Below are positions 57,656-64,000 of a stretch of 64,000 nt of DNA, in pieces. The stretch is from Octopus vulgaris (Eukaryota), in assembly GCA_951406725.2 (NCBI GenBank), contig OX597816.1, positions 150,412,001-150,476,000 of the forward strand. The letters are read 5' to 3'. Position numbers and translations under genes: made by a program. Under the pieces are notes generated by a model. It had not been told where the DNA came from, did not search any database, and saw only the letters and a list, made by a program, of their open reading frames with translations. Every line of letters begins with the position of its first letter. Positions within the stretch are counted from its first letter, which is position 1.

Positions 57656-58014
57656 AGAACATTTTAGATATTTAACCAACACATGAGCACAGTGGTCATG
57701 GCTGTTAAAAAAGCGGTTCAATAGCTTCTAGAATGCAGAAGTCATATTTTGTATCAAAACATCAGTAATTTATATATTTAAGAAGGTATTTTCTTTTTTT
57801 TTAACCAAAAAAAAAAAAGACTATTCCCATCATGCACTCACTTCTGGCTGCTCCAGATTTATTATTATAAATAACAGAAAATACCTTTTAAAAACTTTTA
57901 AATGTTAATAAGAATTATCTCCCCCCAAAAAGTGACTCTCAATGTTGGATTATACGATTGCTTGTAACCATGTTTAATTCATGGAGATAAAATTACCATA
58001 CAGATAAAAGCATA

Positions 58015-58441
58015 CGTAAAAGCACCATCCGCTTGTGTCCGTTGCCAGCCTCGCCTGGCCCCCGTGCCGGTAGCACGTAAAAGCACCATCCGTTCATGTC
58101 TGTTGCCAGCCTCGCCTGGTCCCTGTGCCGTTGGCACGTAAAAGCACCGTCCGCTCGTGTCCGTTGCCAGCCTCGCCTTGCCCCCATGCCGGTAGCACGT
58201 AAAAGCACCATCCGTTCGTGTCCGTTTGCCAGCTCTGTCTGGCACCTGTGCAGGTGGCACGTAAAAAGCACCCACTACACTCACGGAGTGGTTGGCGTTA
58301 GGAAGGGCATCCAGCCGTAGAAACACTGCCAAATCTGACTGGGCCTGATGAAGCCTTCCGGCTTCACAGACCCCAGTTAAACCGTCCAACCCATGCTAGC
58401 ATGGAAAACGGACGCTAAATGATGATGATGATGATGATGAT
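58015..58441 (+). mobile_element. SINE family B with internal 61-bp tandem array and (TGA)n tail
   Basis: Units start at 58015, 58076, 58137 and 58198, with a partial unit at 58260 (CGTAAAAGCACC...). They are followed by the same body and tail as 52760-52960. GC- and CpG-rich. Confidence 0.9.
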
Positions 58442-58817
58442 AAGTTAACATTTTGTTTTTCCCTACTTTTATTCCACATTTCTGTTCATTATTTACTAAA
58501 GTAAAATTATTCCAACAACTTCTAGTTATATAATTTTAGTTTGTCATGTCTTTATATAGGATGTAAATAACAAAGTTCATATATGCTAGACCTGAAGATT
58601 GGCAATATGATCGTTTTAATATGGTATTGTATTTAGAGACATTCTATTTCAGCAATATCGAGAAATATGTTGTCATGAATTAAGAATTGAAGGTATTAAT
58701 TTTGATAATTTGGAATTAGAATTGTAGGTATTAATTTTGATAATTTTAATATTTAGTCCTATATATACCTATTGTGGATTATGTCATTCAATGATGATTA
58801 AGTATATATATATATCA

Positions 58818-59177
58818 GGACAGGAGTGGCTGTGTGGTAAGTAGCTTGCTTACGAACCACATGGTTTTAGGTTCAGTCCCACTGCATTGCACCTTGGACA
58901 AATGTCTTTACTATAGGAGTGGATTTGGTAGACGGAAACTGAAAGAAGCCCATCATGTGTGTGTATGTATATGTGTGTGTATGTATATGTGTGTGTATGT
59001 ATATGTGTGTGTGTGTTTGTCCCCTCCCACTATCACCTGACAACTGATGTTGGTATGTTTCCGTAACTTAGCAGTTCAGCCTAAGAGACCAATATAATAA
59101 GTACTAGTCTTAGAAAGAATAAGTCCTGGGGTCAGTTTGTTCGATTAAAGGCACCTGCAGTCAAATGACTGAAAAGA
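58818..59177 (+). mobile_element. tRNA-derived SINE family A with small deletions
   Basis: CAGGAGTGGCTGTGTGGTAAGTAGCTTGCTTACGAACCACATGG...GCAGTCAAATGACTGAAA, colinear with 1914-2306. Confidence 0.88.
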
Positions 59178-59212
<35 letters not shown>

Positions 59213-59300
59213 TTGTTCAAAATGATACAAATGACAGAGACAGATAAGAGAACAATAAACCAGGCATATTAGTTTGATACTCAGGAAAAATGGAAGAAAT

Positions 59301-59336
59301 CTTTGACATTTCAAGCTTATACTCCTCTACAGAAAG
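59301..59336 (-). ncRNA. Decayed minimal type I hammerhead-like motif
   Basis: Minus strand reads CTTT-CTGTAGA-G-GAGT-ATAA-GCTT-GAAA-T-GTC-AAAG. Stem I is CTTT/AAAG, stem II pairs with G-U wobbles, and GAAA and a GUC triplet are present. The core has U at the conserved A6 position. Confidence 0.5.
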
Positions 59337-62299
59337 GAATGAGGGTAGAAAACAGATGGAGAGAGGACAAAAAAAAACGTGTCCAGATTAATTGTTGCAC
59401 ATGTTGAATTAACCTGAAGGAAGTAATTAGTTGAAGATGTGAGTAGCAAGGGAGATAACAGTGACCTTGCTGAAGTATTTATGCTCAAGCATGTGTATGA
59501 GGATAATGTGTGTGTAAGCAAGCACATATATGCATATGAAGATTATGTGCACATGTGTGTGAAGAAGTATATGCAAGTTGTGTGTTTTTGTATTGTTTTT
59601 AGGTGTCTATGTGCATAAAGTGTGTGTATGTATGTGAGCAAGTGTGCATGTCCTTGTTTTCAGCTGATGTGTGTATGTAGGATTGTTGGATATATATATA
59701 CATAGATATATGTTTGTGAATGTTTTTACTCTTGTATATCAAGGAGACGAGCAGTACTTTTTGAATGAAATCCTTTGGAATATTTGCTCCACATCAAGTT
59801 ATAGATACTCCTGTATCTCTTTTACCATTAAAACTGCATTAAACTAGTGAGTGACTCATTGGAAATCTATAACCAATGATGTTATTGTTCATTAATTGTA
59901 ATGTAAAATAATGAATCACAAATTAACATTTGCTTTGAGATTCTTGATTGGACAATTTATTGTCTGATTTTAATATTGTAGTCCACACATCCTTAATATG
60001 TTCTGCATTTCTGCACATTATCATAATTGCTTTGGTGTTTTGCACTGTCCATTTCAAAAAACTATTTCTTAGTTCAAGATTAGGGTTTGTTACGTTTAAA
60101 AAATTTGTTTAATTATTTTTTTCTAACCATACTTTGTTAAGTAACATTTATTTGTTAAATAACACATGCACAGGTTCAATTTCACTTCTTTATCGTAAGT
60201 AAACAATAAAGAAGTAACATTACTTTCCTATTAATATGCTGAAACTGGCAATACTGTAAATAAATTACAAGATCTTATATGATATCTCTTTTGCTGCCTA
60301 AAATTACTAAGTTAAACTCCCATTACAATCAATGTTATTTTAGCCCTCCACCTCTTCCATTTATAAAATAAGCACTAGTAAAGTCAATTTATTATAGCAT
60401 GTGCTCTTTACAAAAAGTGTATTATGAAATAATAAAAAAAAGAATCTGCTTTGCTTTTATTATGATTGGTATGTCTGGTGGTATTGAAATTTGGTTCAAT
60501 CTATTGACATTATCCTTGAAATAAACCAGGTTTCAATGTACTTTTGATAGCCACAAATTATCAATAAGAAATATTAACCACTTTATATTGCAATAAATAA
60601 CACTCATAAAAGCTGACTATTAAATATCAATGATACTCTATTAGCTGTAGATAAGAAAGTTAGTGAGCTGCAGATAATGTCACAAAGAGGGAAATAAACA
60701 ACTAGCAGAGGTGTTGGCAGTATCTTTCATATCTTGTCAGCAGTGCTGTGTCTCTTTTGTCTCAGAGACCATTGTTCTATTCAAGGGAATAATTATTTCT
60801 CATCTGCTTAAAATGACTGAAACCAGAGCCAGACACTGGTCATATGGCCCCTTGTTGTTCAGAGGGTATTAATTTTGAAAAAGCAAGAAAGTAAATATTT
60901 TGTGTTTACAGTTTCCCTTGCAGGATAGTAAAATACGATAATGGTTTTAAAAGAATTATATTCTAATTTACTTTACTAATCTATTTTATGCAATTTGAGA
61001 CCATAAACAATTTGGGCTTCCATGATAGCCTTTTTACAGGGGGAAATGTCAAGCGGTCACTAACCCTACCCTTGAAGGGTCTCCTTAGACAGGATACTAG
61101 TCTATCACAAAGCTAACCCACAAACTGCTGCTGCTATTATACTGTTTCAGCTGCAGAGTGGATTGGAGTAGCATGTAATGAAATACTTAGCTCAAGGAAA
61201 CAGTGCACAACTTGATCTGAGAATAGAATGCATGACCTTTGAACATGAACCTAATGTCCTAACAGTTAGGCCACACATGAAATCTATGGCTTTTTTTTTT
61301 TAGAGAAGAAAAATATATATTTCTCAATTTTGCATAGAAAAGAATACACACACATGTATATTCATTATATTTAAAATTGTATATGTAACATCATCATTGT
61401 CATCATCATCATCATCCTATATTAATGTCTACAATGCTGACATGTGTTGAACAGCTTGACGGAATTAGACAGGTCCAATGGCTGCATCATGTTCCAATGT
61501 TTGCTTCAGCATGATTTCTATAACTGAATTTTTTTCCTAATACCTACCACTTTACTGATTGTTCTGAGTACTTGTTTTTTCTTTTTTTGGCATCAGCACT
61601 AGTAAGGTCACCATACAGCTCACAAGACTAAGATTCCCTTCAACTGAGTGGGGCTACAGTAAAGAGGCAGATTTATTCTAGAAGGTGAGAGGTTAGAATA
61701 CGAATGTAAGAGCCAGACCAGAATGGGTTTCTTGATGTAGAGTAGCCATAAGGCTACTCACATTCTAGAAGTTAGGATGGGATTAACTGAAGTTGAGCTG
61801 GCAAGAGAGTTGAAATTGGCACAGAAGAATCATGATGGAACGTCAAGCTACAAGAAAGTGAATAGAATTGAGTGGAGACAGAAGAGCAAGAAGGTGTGTA
61901 GGTAGCTGTTGCAATAGTGTATGGAGAGACAAGTGAGGGATGGATAGAGCTGGGAAAGGAGTAAGTCCATTATGTTGAAACTGACTTAATTATATTGTAG
62001 AAGAATCATAATTGCTATTTATATACACACACACACACACATACACACACACACACACACACATACATATACATATACATATATATATACATACATATAC
62101 ATATCATCATCAATTAACATCCATTGTCCATACTGGCATGGGTTGAGCAGTTTGACTGGGCTGGCACACTGCACCAGACACTAGTCTGATTTGGCATGGT
62201 TTTCTACTGCTGTATACCCTTTCTAATGCCAACATAAATATATAGTGAAATGCAGAATTAGGTCAGCTGATCATGAGAATCAAATACTGATCACATCGC

Positions 62300-62541
62300 T
62301 AAAAACTGCAGGTGGTATGGGTTATTTCCCTTGGGTGTTTAAAAAAATTAGTTATAAGAGGTAGATATAAAGGTCCCTTCCAGTGGCCGTATTATCGATT
62401 TTTTCAACAATCTAAGTGTCATGAGGTTTCCAGACAGAAGTTCTTCTCACATGTCAAGTTTCATCAAAATCAATAAAACGATGTAGGAGGAGTTAGATAA
62501 CAATGCCACAAACAAATACACACTGATTTTCCACATATGTA

Positions 62542-62545
<4 letters not shown>
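62300..62545 (-). mobile_element. Possible 5' part of a Helitron-like non-autonomous element
   Basis: Minus strand starts in a TA run: TATACTACATATGTGGAAAATCAGTGTGTATTTGTTTG...AACTCCTCCTAC...GATTTTGATGAAACTTG. This layout is typical of invertebrate non-autonomous Helitron-like repeats. No 3' hairpin or CTAG was found. Confidence 0.4.
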
Positions 62546-62596
<51 letters not shown>

Positions 62597-63287
62597 GATA
62601 TATATATATTATATCAGTGGCAAGTATAAATTTAGTAAAGTGGATGTGTATTTGCAAGCATATTTAATTTCTGCCAACACTGACTTCAAGTATATAATTG
62701 TAGCCAATAACTCAGGCTCCTTTTATTGAGCCTGGTCGCAGTTCATCTTTTCATTCAGCCTCTGGCTGTTGTCTTCAAGGTGCCCTGTGTCAGAAAATAT
62801 CATTCGTTGCAAACGTTCTCTCAACATCATTCATACGTGACTGACTCGGGCGTAGAAATTACAGCCTGAGGTGTTATCTGTAATCGTAAAAATTAAAAGT
62901 AATCCAAATTCAATGTTTTCTTGAAACGAAATTTCTATAGAGATTAGAATTTAAATTCCAATCTATGATAAGTTTTCATTCTACAATATTCTGAAAGGAA
63001 TGGAAAATAATCCAGCAACTGAGGCTAATGTGAACGAGTCTCGTAGGTGTAAAAGACTAACTGGCAGTTGTTATTTGATTGCTGTTATTCTGTGTGTATT
63101 GATCAGTTGTGTTTTTCAGGTTTGCTTTATGTTTACCCTTAACTTAGAAATGGAGAAGAACATAGTGCTAGATATAAGAAATAAGCCATTTGGAGCTAGA
63201 AATAAAGCGGAAAAAAGCAAAATTCTTCGAGCAGGCATGTGTCTTATGTGAAATCTTTGATGAGTGACACTGATGACCTGGAGTACC

Positions 63288-63318
<31 letters not shown>

Positions 63319-63866
63319 CTGGCCAAACTTGGCCAAACTTGTCCTCTCAGATGCTTCTTGTTCACGGGTGATTTTTACCAGTAGTTCACAGGAGTGGCCA
63401 AGGGAACAAAAATGGGCCCCAATTATGTGGACCTGTTCATTGGCTATGTTGAGGCCCTAATATTCTCAATTTTCACTGGTCCCACTCCTGAACTATACAT
63501 TAGTTATATTAACGACTGTATTGGTGCGACCTCATTCTCCCACGAACATCTAGACTCTTTCCTCTCTTTTGTCAAATCTTTCAATCCTGCTCTCCACTTC
63601 TCCTGCACTATTTCTGACACCTCAGTCGCCTTGCTCAACATTTCGGTCAGCATACATCACTCCACTCTCACCACTTCCATCACACAAACACACAGACTCA
63701 CACTCATACCTCAACTTCTCCTCCTCCCACCCTAGACACACCGAGCTCTCCATTTCCTATTTCCAATTCCTCTATCTACACAGGCTCTACAGTGACAAGC
63801 ATGACTTTGAGACTTAATCTCAAATCATGGCTTGCCACTTCATCCTACGTGGATACCCCTCACCAC
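63319..63866 (+). mobile_element. Penelope-like element (PLE) reverse transcriptase fragment, pseudogenised
   Basis: FYQ*FTGVAKGTKMGPNYVDLFIGYVE (G.AMG motif), YISYINDC (decayed RYIDD, 63505-63516), FNPALHFS, VALLNISV (FLD-like), then after a frameshift HTDSHSYLNFSSSHPRH..LSISYFQFL.L.RLYS and RGYP (PLE thumb region). Bounded by TA runs. Confidence 0.9.
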
Positions 63867-63914
63867 TATCTATATGAATATATAGATTTATATATATACA
63901 TATATTTATATATG

Positions 63915-63952
<38 letters not shown>

Positions 63953-64000
63953 CACACACACACATAGATACATTTATATATGTATGTGACCGACCAGACC

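Noticed and set aside
58015-58272. CRISPR-like regularly spaced repeats
   Set aside because: Whole units are homologous, with no unique spacers. The context is a eukaryotic SINE and there are no cas genes.
58345-58368. CTGATGA followed by hairpin AGCC-TTCC-GGCT (also at ~52865) as a hammerhead
   Set aside because: No GAAA follows the stem. It is better explained as a simple TGAAGCC/GGCTTCA hairpin in the SINE tail.

Overview
This is AT-rich, CpG-poor, microsatellite-dense eukaryotic DNA. Its repeat landscape (tRNA-headed SINEs with RTE-like (TGA)n tails, long TA/CA runs) looks like Octopus; that assignment is an inference. The only host-gene signal I can support is one 41-bp coding exon (2779-2819, +) reading ERTSIEGTLFVYR(R). 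It matches the EVH1-like domain of the decapping cofactor DCP1. I found no further DCP1 exon, so most of the window is probably one very large intron. That intron is packed with mobile DNA: four distinct Tc1/mariner-superfamily relics (DD41D and DD36E with intact TIRs, plus maT-like and mariner-like remnants), an R4/Dong-like LINE 5' remnant next to a TAA array, a Penelope-like RT fragment, a non-autonomous Helitron, a GG-terminal MITE with an 8-bp TSD, and many SINEs. The most interesting signal is a tRNA-derived SINE (7946-8230, 11-bp TSD) carrying a Penelope-type minimal hammerhead ribozyme fold. Two further decayed hammerhead-like motifs occur in other repeats, suggesting ribozyme-bearing non-autonomous elements linked to Penelope-like retroelements. 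Most ORFs in the supplied track are microsatellite or antisense artefacts.
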